Assembly: GCA_017307335.1 (NCBI GenBank)
Contig: JAFKFJ010000182.1
Span: forward strand, 713 to 64,712
Direction of reading: 5' to 3'
Length of the DNA: 64,000 nt
Origin: Alphaproteobacteria bacterium
GTDB taxonomy: Bacteria > Pseudomonadota > Alphaproteobacteria > Acetobacterales > Acetobacteraceae
The notes under the pieces were generated by a model, which saw only the letters and a program-made list of their open reading frames with translations, searched no databases and was not told the origin of the DNA. Numbering within the stretch: position 1 is the stretch's first letter; every line of letters begins with the position of its first letter. A program made the translations under genes and the position numbers. Below are positions 36,811-47,192 of the stretch, piece by piece.

Positions 36811-37689
36811 TCACTTGACCGCGCCCAAGGTCATGCCGCGCACGATGTGCCGCTGCAGCAGGAATACGACCGCGAGCATCGGCACGAGCTGGATCACCAC
36901 CGCGGCGCTGAGGTCGCCCCACAGGATCGTGTAAGGCATCACGAACTTCGAGATCTGCACGGGCACCGTCACCGCCCTGACCGAGGTGAGCATCAGCGCC
37001 ATCAGGTACTCGTTCCAGGTGAACACGAACACGAAGATCGCCGTCGAGGCGAGGCCGGGCAGGATGATCGGCACCACAACACGCACCAGAATCTGCAGCC
37101 GGCTCATTCCATCGAGCAGTGCGGCTTCCTCAAGCTCCGCGGGTACATCGGCAAGGAACCCGCGCAGCAGCCAGATCGCGAACGGCAGGTTGAAGGCGAT
37201 ATAGACGAGAATGAGCCCGGCATAGGTATCGAGCAGGTGGAAGTTCTGCCATTGTATATAGAACGGAATTGCGACGGCGATCGGCGGCAGGAAGCGCAGC
37301 GACAGGATCCACAGTGCGATGTGCTTCTCCCCCGGCACGTGCATCCGTGCGAGCGCGTAGGCCGCGAGTACGCCAAGGACCATCACGATCGCGCAGGTCG
37401 TCGTCGTCACCACGATGCTGTTCAGAAGCACGCCGGTGAACTGGAACTTGGTGAACAGGTGCGTGTAGTTCTCGAGCGTGGGGGTGAAGACGAACTTCGG
37501 TATGGCGCTGTTGATCTCGACGATCGGCTTGAACGACGTCAGCACGATCCAATAGACCGGGAACAGCCAGAACAGCACGATCCCGACGGCGGCGGCGTTG
37601 CCGACGCGCGGCCACAGCCGCGGTGGGGCATAGGCGCTCGCGCCACGCGGGACGGAGAGCGGGATGGCTGCGTCCTGCCCGGTCGCCAT
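36811..37689 (-). CDS. carbohydrate ABC transporter permease
   Basis: 292 aa membrane protein with the EAA-loop-like EEAALLDGMSRLQIL. Confidence 0.85.
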   Translation of the reverse strand: MATGQDAAIPLSVPRGASAYAPPRLWPRVGNAAAVGIVLFWLFPVYWIVLTSFKPIVEINSAIPKFVFTPTLENYTHLFTKFQFTGVLLNSIVVTTTTCAIVMVLGVLAAYALARMHVPGEKHIALWILSLRFLPPIAVAIPFYIQWQNFHLLDTYAGLILVYIAFNLPFAIWLLRGFLADVPAELEEAALLDGMSRLQILVRVVVPIILPGLASTAIFVFVFTWNEYLMALMLTSVRAVTVPVQISKFVMPYTILWGDLSAAVVIQLVPMLAVVFLLQRHIVRGMTLGAVK

Positions 37690-37694
37690 CGCCC

Positions 37695-38642
37695 TCAGCC
37701 CTCAGCCTTCGACAGGGCGCGCAGAAAGAAGAAGACCAGGATGTTGACGAACACGACCATCACCCACGCGAGCGCCGACGCCGAACCCATGTCGCCCTCG
37801 GTGAAGCCGGTGACATAGCTGAACACGCTGAGCGTTTCCGTCGCGGTGCCGGGTCCGCCGCGCGTGAGCACGAAGACCATGTCGAACACGCGGATCGAAT
37901 CGATCAGCCGGATCAACACCACGACCATCAGCACGGGCCGGATGAGCGGCAGCACGATCCGCCGCAGTTTCTGCCACTCGCTGAGCCCGTCGAGCTCCGC
38001 CGCTTCGACGACCTCCACCGAGACCGACTGCATGCCGGACAGCAGGATCAGTGCAACGAACGGCGTCCACTGCCATACGTCGACCAGGATCACCGCCGGC
38101 AGCGCCCAGGTTGCGCTCGCCATCCAGTCGGCGGTCGGAATGCCGACGCGGTGGCAGAGATACGTCAGCAGCCCATACGTGGGCGCCAGGATGTAGCGGA
38201 ACGTCAGCCCCATGCCGACGGGGGAGATCAGCACCGGCACGATCAGCAGCGTGCGAAACAGGCCGATGCCGCGCATTTTGCGGTCGAGCAGCACGGCGAC
38301 GGCGATCCCGATGACGAGTTCGAGTGCCACGGCCGCCGCCGAGTAGATCACCGTGACGAAGAAACTGCCGCTGAACACCTCGTTGTTCAGAAGGTCGTTG
38401 AAATTGTCGAAGCCCGCGTAAGAAACAAGATCGGGGCGATAGATCGTGTAGTTGTGGACGGCAAGCCAGAGCGAATACACGGTTGGGTAGACCGCCATCG
38501 CGAACAGGTAGATCATCCCGGGCGCAAGAAACAGCGCCGCGATCAGGCGTTCGCGGCGCTGCCAGCCGGCCTTTGATGGGGGCCGCACCGCGAGATCCAG
38601 CGTCAGGCTCTCGCTCCCGGTCACGTCGGCACTCTCCGGCAA
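37695..38642 (-). CDS. carbohydrate ABC transporter permease
   Basis: 315 aa membrane protein with the EAA-loop-like VEAAELDGLSEWQKLRRIVLP. Confidence 0.85.
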   Translation of the reverse strand: MPESADVTGSESLTLDLAVRPPSKAGWQRRERLIAALFLAPGMIYLFAMAVYPTVYSLWLAVHNYTIYRPDLVSYAGFDNFNDLLNNEVFSGSFFVTVIYSAAAVALELVIGIAVAVLLDRKMRGIGLFRTLLIVPVLISPVGMGLTFRYILAPTYGLLTYLCHRVGIPTADWMASATWALPAVILVDVWQWTPFVALILLSGMQSVSVEVVEAAELDGLSEWQKLRRIVLPLIRPVLMVVVLIRLIDSIRVFDMVFVLTRGGPGTATETLSVFSYVTGFTEGDMGSASALAWVMVVFVNILVFFFLRALSKAEG

Positions 38643-38643
38643 T

Positions 38644-40008
38644 TCAGGCCTTCTTGTAGTAACCGCCCTTTGTCATGATCCGTGTGCACGCCCGCTGCAT
38701 GTCCGCGAGCCCCTGCGCCGGCGTCTTCTCGCCGATCGCGACCGCAGCGACCTGCGTCCCGACCGTCTCGTAGAGTGCGTTCGACTCCGGGATGGGCAGG
38801 AAGCGCATGGCGTACGGCAGCGATGCCTGCAGGCCGGAGAAATAGGGGCGGATCGGGGTATACTCCTTGAGCAGGGAGGCGCGCGCCGGTTGGCCGGCAT
38901 TCTCCACCCACGCCTTGCCGATGGCCGGGTCCTGCTTGTTGCCGCTGCAGCAGAACTTGATCCATTCCCAGGCGGCGTCCTTGTTGTGCGAGAACACCGG
39001 CATGATGAGGCCGAGCCCGCCCATGTGCGGTGCGAACCGCGCCTTGTCGCCGATGCCCTTCGGCACGATCTCGACCTTCCAGACATCGGCGAACTTGGTG
39101 TAGTGCGGGTCGTTCATTGACGAGCCGCCCCATTCCACGGGCGCGTACACCCAGGTGCCGTTCAGCATCGCGGTGTTGGCTTCGTCGTCGGATGCGTTGA
39201 GCGACGTCGGCTCAAGGAACGGCACCAGCCGCATCAACGTATCCATCGCCTTGTGGCCGGTCTCGGTATCGATCGTGACCTTCCAGCCGCCGGGCCCCAT
39301 GCTGTCGAACCAGTCGCCTCCGTAGGAGCGGAGCATGGTGATGAACACGTGCGCAGCCCAGTAGCCGCGCTTCAGTGTCGTCCCGATGACCCTGTTCTTG
39401 CCGTTGTTCGTCAGGACCTTCGCGTTTTCGAGCACGTCCTCCCAGGTCACCGCCGGCTTGATGCCAGCCTTCTGGAACACATCCGCCCGGTAGTACTGCA
39501 TCTGGCAGTTGCTGTCGGGCGGCAGGCCGTAGAGGACGCCGCCCTGTTTCGCTGGCTTGTCGCGATAGAGGTCCAGCACGTTTTCCGGGATGTCCGAGAA
39601 GATGTCGGCCTTATAGGCGGGGTCCTTGTCGAGATAGGATTCCAGCGACTCCAGCGCGCCCTGGGCGATGAACTGCGGAACAAAGTTGTAGTCGTCATGG
39701 ATGACGTCGTAGCGGTCGCTCTTCGCCGCCATGGCGACGGCGGTCTTCGGCAGCATGTCGGCAATCGGCTCGGCGACGATCTCGACCTCGATATTCGGGA
39801 ACTTCTTCTGGAACAGCGGATAGACGCCGCGCTGCGGAAACTCCCAGCGCTGTCCAGCCGACGCCCACGAGACGATCTTCGTCGTCGCGGCCTGTGCGTT
39901 GCGGATCGACGGAGCGGCAAGCGTCGCGAGGCCGGCGCCACCGAGTGCCTTCAGCACGCCGCGCCGCGTCGGCACGGAACCATGCGTTCTCCCAGTCCTG
40001 TTGGTCAT
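38644..40008 (-). CDS. extracellular solute-binding protein (carbohydrate ABC, family 1) with a Tat-like signal
   Basis: TRRGVLKALGGAGLATLAAP signal. 454 aa. First gene of the four-gene operon. Confidence 0.85.
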   Translation of the reverse strand: MTNRTGRTHGSVPTRRGVLKALGGAGLATLAAPSIRNAQAATTKIVSWASAGQRWEFPQRGVYPLFQKKFPNIEVEIVAEPIADMLPKTAVAMAAKSDRYDVIHDDYNFVPQFIAQGALESLESYLDKDPAYKADIFSDIPENVLDLYRDKPAKQGGVLYGLPPDSNCQMQYYRADVFQKAGIKPAVTWEDVLENAKVLTNNGKNRVIGTTLKRGYWAAHVFITMLRSYGGDWFDSMGPGGWKVTIDTETGHKAMDTLMRLVPFLEPTSLNASDDEANTAMLNGTWVYAPVEWGGSSMNDPHYTKFADVWKVEIVPKGIGDKARFAPHMGGLGLIMPVFSHNKDAAWEWIKFCCSGNKQDPAIGKAWVENAGQPARASLLKEYTPIRPYFSGLQASLPYAMRFLPIPESNALYETVGTQVAAVAIGEKTPAQGLADMQRACTRIMTKGGYYKKA

Positions 40009-40524
40009 TTTGTCCCCCTGTCCTCGTCAACGAAGTTTAGGCCCCCGCACTTTATCAGCAAACAATGTGCCAGCCGACTCAAGTGGCTGGCATGGGCGGC
40101 TATTTGGCAGTCGCTGTGTGAGCGCGATAGCGTATTGCCGTTGCTGCGGTAACGAGGACCTTCTGAAGATCCCTTTCCAACGCTTCCGGATCGCGGCTCG
40201 CGCCGCCGAAGCGCGTGATCCGCTGACTGCGATCGCCCGACGGGAACGTTGCGTGCGCAAGCTGGCCATGTGCCTGCTTGCCGTACAAATCACAGACATT
40301 CTGCCAACTGTCCGGGCCGCACTTGCCGATGAGCGTGGCAGGGCTTGCGCGTGCGCCGGTCGGTGCGCGGGCCGCCGCGCGGCAAGCGCCGTCGCGCACG
40401 AGGGGGCGCAGGCAGCCTCGGCTACGGGGTCCGAACGGCCTCCGCGCGGAACAGGTTCGAGTATTCGTCGGCCAATCTGACGGAGCGGCGTCCCTTCGGT
40501 GGTGCGGCCGGCACGGCCCGTCTC

Positions 40525-41283
40525 CTAGTACCGCCCGACCAGCAGACCGCCATCGACCACGATAGTCTGGCCCGTGATGTAGCGGGCCGCCGGCGAAGCG
40601 AGAAACAGCGCGACGTCGGCGATGTCTTCCGGCGTGCCGACACGGCCCATCGGAATGAAAGCGGCGGCGCGTTCCAGCCCTTCAGGCCCGAGGGAGTGCT
40701 GCACCGAAAGCGCCTGCGCCGTGCGAATGTAGCCGGGCGCGATGCCATTCACGCGAACCCCCTGGCGCGCCAGCTCCACGGCAAGCCCGCGCACCAGCCC
40801 GACGACACCCGCCTTCGCCGCCGAGTAGTGCACGTGCTCGTCCCAGCCATATGCCACCCCCATGATCGAGGAGAGTGCAACGATCGCGCCCGAGCCGCGC
40901 TGGCGCATTGCCGGCAGCGCCGCCCGCACCACGCGGAAGACGCCTTTCAGATCCACATCCAACGTGACATCCCACTTGGCATCGTCGAGCTCGGCCAGCG
41001 GCACCTTGTGGGCGATGCCGGCATTGGCGACGATCACGTCGAGCCGGCCAAAGCGTTGTTCTGCCGCCGCGACCACCGCGTTGGCGCCGGCGGTGTCGGT
41101 CACATCGAGATGGAAGAACGCTGCTTCGCCACCGTCCGCTTCGATTGCGGCCGCAACCTCCCGCCCCTCGACGTCCAGGACGTCGGTCACGGCCACGGCA
41201 TAGCCAGCCTTCGCGAACGCGAGCGCGGTTGCCTTGCCGATACCGATGCCGCTGCCGGTGATCAGAACGCCCGGTTTGCTCAT
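40525..41283 (-). CDS. SDR-family oxidoreductase
   Basis: ATG at 41283 after GAGGAGGG. TGSGIGIGKA cofactor motif, catalytic YSAAK. Confidence 0.9.
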   Translation of the reverse strand: MSKPGVLITGSGIGIGKATALAFAKAGYAVAVTDVLDVEGREVAAAIEADGGEAAFFHLDVTDTAGANAVVAAAEQRFGRLDVIVANAGIAHKVPLAELDDAKWDVTLDVDLKGVFRVVRAALPAMRQRGSGAIVALSSIMGVAYGWDEHVHYSAAKAGVVGLVRGLAVELARQGVRVNGIAPGYIRTAQALSVQHSLGPEGLERAAAFIPMGRVGTPEDIADVALFLASPAARYITGQTIVVDGGLLVGRY

Positions 41284-41569
41284 CTCATACCCTCCTCGTG
41301 TTGCATCGTCGGCCCGCCGCGACCGCCAGTGACGTCCATTCCGGCCTTGCTGTGCGCACGTCAGCGTAGCAGCGGTCGCTCGCCGAGGCACTTCCCGAAA
41401 GCGCCATCACTGGTACGTCGATCGGTGCGCCGGCACGACATCATGCCAAAAGGGGATACCCGCGAACGCGCTTCATGCTCGGCATTGATGCCGTATCTTC
41501 ACGGACTTCATTGCCTACGACCGGAAGACGTGCGCGCGGTGGGACGCCGCCGAGTGGTGCTCTTGCAGT

Positions 41570-44209
41570 TCACCCAAACGAATAAGCGAACTCTCCATCG
41601 ACCACACTCACATGCACCCGTGCCACTGGTGCACCCTCCAGCATGCGCTCCAGGAACGCGCCGCTGATCGCCGGCAGCATGGTGTTGGTCAGGATCGCGT
41701 CGATCATCCGGCCGCCGCTTTCCGGTTCCGTGCAGCGGCTTGCGATCAACTTCACGACGTCCTCGTCGTAGGTGAAGGGCACCTTGTGCCGCTCACCGAT
41801 GCGCGCGGCGATGCGGTTCAGTTGCAGGCGGATGATGTCGCCCATCACCGTGTCGCTGAGCGGGTAGTAGGGGATCACGATCAGTCGCCCGAGCAGCGCC
41901 GGGGGGAAGACTTTCAGCAGCGGCGTGCGCAGCGCCTTCGCCACCTCGTCCGGCTCGGGCATCAGCTCCGGGTCGCGGCACATCGACATGATCAGGTCGG
42001 TGCCGGCATTCGACGTTAGCAGGATCAGCGTGTTCTTGAAGTCGATCAGCCGCCCTTCGCCGTCCTCCATCACGCCCTTATCGAACACCTGGAAAAAGAT
42101 CTCGTGGACGTCGGAGTGGGCCTTCTCGACCTCGTCGAGCAGCACCACCGAATAGGGCTTTCGCCGCACCGCCTCCGTCAGCACGCCACCCTCGCCGTAG
42201 CCGACATAGCCGGGCGGCGCGCCCTTCAGCGTGGAGACGGTGTGCGCCTCCTGGAACTCGCTCATGTTGATGGTGATCAGGTTCTGCTCGCCGCCATACA
42301 GCGCCTCGGCGAGCGTCAGCGCCGTCTCCGTCTTGCCCACACCCGACGGGCCGCAGAGCATGAACACGCCGATCGGCTTTGAGGGGTTGTCAAGCCCGGC
42401 GCGTGCGGTTTGCACGCGCTTCGCGATCGCGGCCAGCGCGTGGTCCTGGCCGACGACGCGCTTGCCCAGCGTGTCGGCGAGTTGCAGCACCGCCTGCACT
42501 TCGTTCTTCACCATCCGGCCGACGGGGATCCCGGTCCAGTCGCCGACCACGGCTGCCACCGCCTGCGCATCGACGCTCGGCAGGATCAGCGGCGCCTCGC
42601 CCTGGATGCGCGCAAGTTCGTCCTGCAAGCCCTTCAGCTCGGCGAGAGGGGCGGCGCGTTCCTCCGCCGCCGCTTCACGCAGTTGCGCGCGCAGTGCCAG
42701 CACCTTGTCCACCAGCGCCTTCTCGCCGTCCCAGCGTGATTTCAGGCCGGTCAGCCGGTCCTGCTCGGCGACGAGGGCGGTACGCGCGGAGGCCTCGCGT
42801 TCCGTGGCGTCGATCCCGATGGCGCTCTCGCGGCCGATGATCTCCAGTTCCGTCTCCAGTGCCTGGATGCGGCGTTCGCAGTCCTCTACCTCCGGCGGTG
42901 TCGCGTGCTGGCTCACCGCGACGCGCGCGGCGGCGGTGTCGAGCAGGCTCACCGACTTGTCGGGAAGCTGGCGTGCCGGGATGTAGCGGTGCGAGAGACG
43001 CACGGCCGCCTCGATCGCCTCGTCGAGCACCTGGACGCGGTGGTGCTTCTCCAGCGGCGTGGCGATGCCGCGCATCATCAGGATCGCCTTTTCCTCGCCG
43101 GGCTCGTCGACCTGAACCACCTGGAAGCGGCGCGTCAGTGCCGGGTCCTTCTCGAAGTATTTCTTGTATTCGGCCCAGGTGGTGGCGGCGATCGTGCGCA
43201 GCGTGCCCCGCGCCAGCGCGGGCTTCAGGAGGTTGGCGGCATCGCCTGTACCGGCGGCGCCGCCGGCGCCGATCAGCGTGTGCGCCTCGTCGATGAACAG
43301 GATTATGGGCTTGGGCGAGCTCTGGACCTCCTCGATCACCTGCCGCAGCCGGTTCTCGAACTCGCCCTTCATGCTGGCGCCGGCCTGCAGCAGGCCGACA
43401 TCGAGCGTACGCAGCGACACCTCGCGCATCATCGGCGGCACGTCGCCCTTGGCGATGCGCAGCGCGAAGCCCTCCACCACCGCGGTCTTGCCCACGCCCG
43501 CCTCGCCGGTGAGGATCGGGTTGTTCTGCCGGCGGCGCATCAGCACGTCGATGACCTGCCGTATCTCGGCATCGCGCCCGACGATCGGGTCGATCTCGCC
43601 CGCCCGTGCGCGCTCGGTGAGATCGACCGAGAACTGCTTCAGCGCCTCCTGCTTGCCCATCGCCGCCGGCGCCATCGCCCCGGCTGCCTCGCCGGGTCCG
43701 ACGCGGGAGCCGTCCGAGGCGGCGAGGGTCGCTTCGGGCGAGTTGCCGACGATCTTCGTGAAGTCGTCGCCGAGCGCCTCCGGCTTCACCTTCTCGAACT
43801 GGCGGCTGATGGCGTAGAGCGCGTTGCGCAGGGTGGGTGTTTTCACTGCGCCCAGTACCAGGTGGCCGGTGCGCACGGAAAACTCGCCGAACATCAGGGT
43901 GCCGAACACCCAGCCGCGCTCCACCGCCTCCTCGACGTGAGAGGAGAGGTCGGAAATGCTGGTGGCGCCGCGCGGCAGCTTGTCCAGCGCCGCCGTCACG
44001 TCGGCCGCCAGGCGCGCCGGGTCGAGCTCGAAATGCCGCACGATGCGGTGCAGGTCGGAATCCTGCAGCTGCAGGATCTGCTGCACCCAGTGCACCAGCT
44101 CGACATAGGGGTTGCCGCGCAGCTTGCAGAACACGGTCGCCCCCTCGATCGCCTTGTAGGCGAGCGGGTTCAGTTTGCCGAACAGGGCGGCGCGGCTGAT
44201 CTCGGTCAT
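41570..44209 (-). CDS. clpV: type VI secretion system ATPase ClpV (TssH)
   Basis: 879 aa. Clp N-domain, two AAA+ modules (GEAGVGKTA and GPSGVGKTE). Start overlaps the tssG stop (ATGA). Confidence 0.9.
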   Translation of the reverse strand: MTEISRAALFGKLNPLAYKAIEGATVFCKLRGNPYVELVHWVQQILQLQDSDLHRIVRHFELDPARLAADVTAALDKLPRGATSISDLSSHVEEAVERGWVFGTLMFGEFSVRTGHLVLGAVKTPTLRNALYAISRQFEKVKPEALGDDFTKIVGNSPEATLAASDGSRVGPGEAAGAMAPAAMGKQEALKQFSVDLTERARAGEIDPIVGRDAEIRQVIDVLMRRRQNNPILTGEAGVGKTAVVEGFALRIAKGDVPPMMREVSLRTLDVGLLQAGASMKGEFENRLRQVIEEVQSSPKPIILFIDEAHTLIGAGGAAGTGDAANLLKPALARGTLRTIAATTWAEYKKYFEKDPALTRRFQVVQVDEPGEEKAILMMRGIATPLEKHHRVQVLDEAIEAAVRLSHRYIPARQLPDKSVSLLDTAAARVAVSQHATPPEVEDCERRIQALETELEIIGRESAIGIDATEREASARTALVAEQDRLTGLKSRWDGEKALVDKVLALRAQLREAAAEERAAPLAELKGLQDELARIQGEAPLILPSVDAQAVAAVVGDWTGIPVGRMVKNEVQAVLQLADTLGKRVVGQDHALAAIAKRVQTARAGLDNPSKPIGVFMLCGPSGVGKTETALTLAEALYGGEQNLITINMSEFQEAHTVSTLKGAPPGYVGYGEGGVLTEAVRRKPYSVVLLDEVEKAHSDVHEIFFQVFDKGVMEDGEGRLIDFKNTLILLTSNAGTDLIMSMCRDPELMPEPDEVAKALRTPLLKVFPPALLGRLIVIPYYPLSDTVMGDIIRLQLNRIAARIGERHKVPFTYDEDVVKLIASRCTEPESGGRMIDAILTNTMLPAISGAFLERMLEGAPVARVHVSVVDGEFAYSFG

Positions 44210-45351
44210 GATGCGGGCTCCGCTGGGGTCGCCGGAAGCGTTTCGTCGAGGGCGCGCGCCATGCTGTCGGCGCTCGCGTCAAGAAACAAGTCTGCTGCGT
44301 CGGATTGTTTGTTGCGCGGCATGAGCCAGGTGGTCCAGCCGAGCCGCCCGTCGCGTCCGAGCCGGGTCGGCGGCACGTCCTCGCGGCGGAGGATGAGGTT
44401 CACGTCCCACACCAGCGTGTCGCCGGCGTAGTTGCGCACGATCGGGATCAGCCGGTGGAAGCTCGCACCGCCGGGCAGCAGGCGCAGGTAGTCGGCGAGC
44501 GAGAGCGGGCCGAAGACGACGCGGAACTTGTGCTGCCGGCTCCAGACACGCCCGCCGAGCAGCGCGGTGCGCCCGAGTGCGGCGGTACGCGGTCCTTCGG
44601 CGAGGCGCGTGCGGTCGGTGTCGGCGAGTGTGAGCCAGGCGCCGACGAAGCTCTCGATGCGCACGGGGACACGGAAGAACGCCGACAGGATGGAGGCGAG
44701 GCCCTCCGCATGGCGGGTCTGGCCGGCGAGATGCCCGGCGAAGTGCAGCTTCGTCAGGTCGGGCATGGCGTCGCGGTCGCGCAGGCTGTCCATGCCGAGG
44801 CCGATCAGCGCCCCGGTGTAGAGCGCGAACCGGTCCTCCTCCGGCCGGTCGAAGCTGACCGTCGGGCGGGAGTTCGCCCAGGCGCGGTAGAACAGCGCCA
44901 GCGCGCGGTGGTGAAACAGGTCGGCAAAACGTTCGAAGGCCGGGTCGCGATGGTTGCGGCGCCGGTCGCGCGCGTATTCGGTCAGGTGCAGCGGCAGCGG
45001 CCCGTCGGGGCCGAACAGGCCGAAGAAACTTTGCAGCAGTCGCGGCGGCCGTTCGTCCTCGCCCGGCTCCCATGCGGCGAGCGTCGCCGGTGCGAACACG
45101 ACTGAGGCTTCCTGCGCCAGCCGCACCGCGTCCTGCGCCGGGCGCACCGAGCGGCCGAGGCGCGGCCGGTCGCGATGCGCCGCCTCCAGAAGCCGCAGTG
45201 CCTGAAAGAAGCTCCAGCCCGCCGGCGCGGCGGCAAGCCGTTCGAGCAGCGCCGCCGGGCCGGTGCCCGGGTTTGGGCCCGGGTCTGTGTTCGGGGCTGT
45301 GCTCGGGTCTGGGGTCAGACGAGGGGGCGCTGCCCGATCTGCATCGGCCAT
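44206..45351 (-). CDS. tssG: type VI secretion system baseplate subunit TssG
   Basis: ATG at 45351. WSFFQALRLLEAAH... and LTEYARDRRRN are typical of TssG. Pro-rich N-terminal extension. Overlaps the tssF 3' end by 37 nt. Confidence 0.8.
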   Translation of the reverse strand: MADADRAAPPRLTPDPSTAPNTDPGPNPGTGPAALLERLAAAPAGWSFFQALRLLEAAHRDRPRLGRSVRPAQDAVRLAQEASVVFAPATLAAWEPGEDERPPRLLQSFFGLFGPDGPLPLHLTEYARDRRRNHRDPAFERFADLFHHRALALFYRAWANSRPTVSFDRPEEDRFALYTGALIGLGMDSLRDRDAMPDLTKLHFAGHLAGQTRHAEGLASILSAFFRVPVRIESFVGAWLTLADTDRTRLAEGPRTAALGRTALLGGRVWSRQHKFRVVFGPLSLADYLRLLPGGASFHRLIPIVRNYAGDTLVWDVNLILRREDVPPTRLGRDGRLGWTTWLMPRNKQSDAADLFLDASADSMARALDETLPATPAEPAS

Positions 45352-47192
45352 CGCATCACCTCGCCCCGCTCGGGATTTTTCAGGACCGTCTCCGTGAAGG
45401 CGTTGATCGAGACGTATTTGGCGAAGAAGCGGTCGAGCACGGCGGCCAGCAGGATCGCGCCCGCGCCGCCGAACGGGGCCTCGTCGATGGTCAACGTGAT
45501 CTCCAGCCCCCGCCCGGCCGCGACGGGACCCGCGCCGGGAATGCGCCGCACGATCGGGTGCGCGGCGACCGAGGTGAGGGCTTCGAGCTGGCGTGCCGCG
45601 ACCGAGGTTTGCGAGGGCACGTAGAGGCGCAGCAGTTCGCGCAGACCCGCCGCCCCCTGCAGGGCGTCGGTGTCGACCAGGCTCAGATAGTTGAGCCCGA
45701 GATGGCTGATGAAGCGCCACGCATACTCGCCGTCGCTGCGGCATGGGCGCGGCGCGGTGGGCCCGACCAGGCAGCGCACCGCGGCCACCGGCGCGCTCAC
45801 CGCCAGCGTGAAGTCGGTATGCTGCTTGCCCACCGGCATCGACAGCGGCAGGTCGCGGTTGGTGCACAGCAGGTCGAGCCCGAGCTGCCGCAGCGAATGG
45901 CGCAGCGGCGCCGCTTCGGGATCGACCAGCGAGACATAGACCTCGTGGCCGAGATAGCCCGATCGCGGTCCCCGCTGCCGCGCGCGGGCGGAGAGTTGCC
46001 GGGGCCGACGGCTCAACGTGTAGTAGGCGCGGTGCTCCGGATTGCGGCTGAGATCGTTGGCAGCGTAGAACGGCAGGAAGGCCTGCGGCGCGCTGCCGTC
46101 GGCGGCGTATCCCTCCATCGCTGAGACGCTGAACACCTCGAAATCCAGCGGCCGCATGCGGTCGGGCACGACGTGGTGCTCCGCCTCGCGCTCGGAGAGG
46201 TTGATGCGGTCGCCGCGCATGGCGAACAGGTTGATCGCGGGCGCGCAGAACAGCAGCAGATGGTCGGGGCCAAACGCCGCGGCGAGCGCCGGTTCGCTCC
46301 GGTCCAGCAGCAGGACGACTTCCAGCTCGCGCCCGGGGCATCGGGCAGCGGCGCGATCCAATCCGTCCAGTTCAACGAACAGGAGCCGCTCCGGCATGGC
46401 GTAGTATTCCTGCAGCAGCCGGTAACCCTCAAAGGACTCCGGCGCCTGCGGCAACAACGCCTCGTCCGACTCGAACCCGACGCCGCGCAGCGTGCTCGTC
46501 GGCAGCCGCTCCTGCCAGGGCAGCGGGCGTTCGGTCGGGCGGACATAGACCGCAGCGAGATTGGCGACGAGCTGCTCGTACAGCCGCACACGCGCGCCTT
46601 CCGGGCCGCCGAGAAAAAACTGAAGGCGATCGAGCGTCATCTTTGCGAACGGCGCCTCTCCGCTTGCGCGCAGGCGCAGCCGGATCGCCGCCTTCACGCC
46701 GCGCTGCTCGGGCAGGCCGAGGGCGGCAAGGGCGGCGGGCGAGCCGATATACTCCGCATCGGCCAGTTCGATCGGCAGCAGCTGCACCGCGTGGCCGGTG
46801 CGGAACTCGCAGTTCGTCTGATCCTCCGTGCCGAGCAGGCTCCGCAGCTCGGTGCCGCGCGGCAGCACCATGCCCTGCGGCATCCCGCGCAGCGTCGCCT
46901 CCGGGCGGAACTGCACCACCGCCATCGCCGGCGTGGGTGCCAGATAGTGCGGATAGACGAGTTGCAGGAGCGATTGCGTAAAAGTCGGGAACTCCGCCTC
47001 GAGCTTCAGCTGCACGCGCGCGGTGAGCAGCGCGAAGCCTTCCAGCAGCCGCTCGACATACGGATCGGCGACTTCCAGGCTGCCGAGGTTCAGTCGGGCG
47101 GCGACTTTCGGGAATTCGCGGGCGAACTCGCCGCCCATCTCACGGACGAAGGCGAGCTCCGCCTCATAGAGGCGCAGCAGGCGCGGGTCCAT
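45315..47192 (-). CDS. tssF: type VI secretion system baseplate subunit TssF
   Basis: ATG at 47192. N-terminus MDPRLLRLYEAELAFVREMGGEFAREFPKVAARL is typical of TssF. 625 aa. Confidence 0.85.
   Translation of the reverse strand: MDPRLLRLYEAELAFVREMGGEFAREFPKVAARLNLGSLEVADPYVERLLEGFALLTARVQLKLEAEFPTFTQSLLQLVYPHYLAPTPAMAVVQFRPEATLRGMPQGMVLPRGTELRSLLGTEDQTNCEFRTGHAVQLLPIELADAEYIGSPAALAALGLPEQRGVKAAIRLRLRASGEAPFAKMTLDRLQFFLGGPEGARVRLYEQLVANLAAVYVRPTERPLPWQERLPTSTLRGVGFESDEALLPQAPESFEGYRLLQEYYAMPERLLFVELDGLDRAAARCPGRELEVVLLLDRSEPALAAAFGPDHLLLFCAPAINLFAMRGDRINLSEREAEHHVVPDRMRPLDFEVFSVSAMEGYAADGSAPQAFLPFYAANDLSRNPEHRAYYTLSRRPRQLSARARQRGPRSGYLGHEVYVSLVDPEAAPLRHSLRQLGLDLLCTNRDLPLSMPVGKQHTDFTLAVSAPVAAVRCLVGPTAPRPCRSDGEYAWRFISHLGLNYLSLVDTDALQGAAGLRELLRLYVPSQTSVAARQLEALTSVAAHPIVRRIPGAGPVAAGRGLEITLTIDEAPFGGAGAILLAAVLDRFFAKYVSINAFTETVLKNPERGEVMRWPMQIGQRPLV

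Noticed and set aside
40441-40475. GGTTCGAG sequence resembling a tRNA T-loop
   Set aside because: The flanks do not form acceptor, D or anticodon arms, and the T-arm consensus GGTTCGAnTCC is not met (it is followed by TATTCG). I found no tRNA, rRNA or tmRNA in the window.
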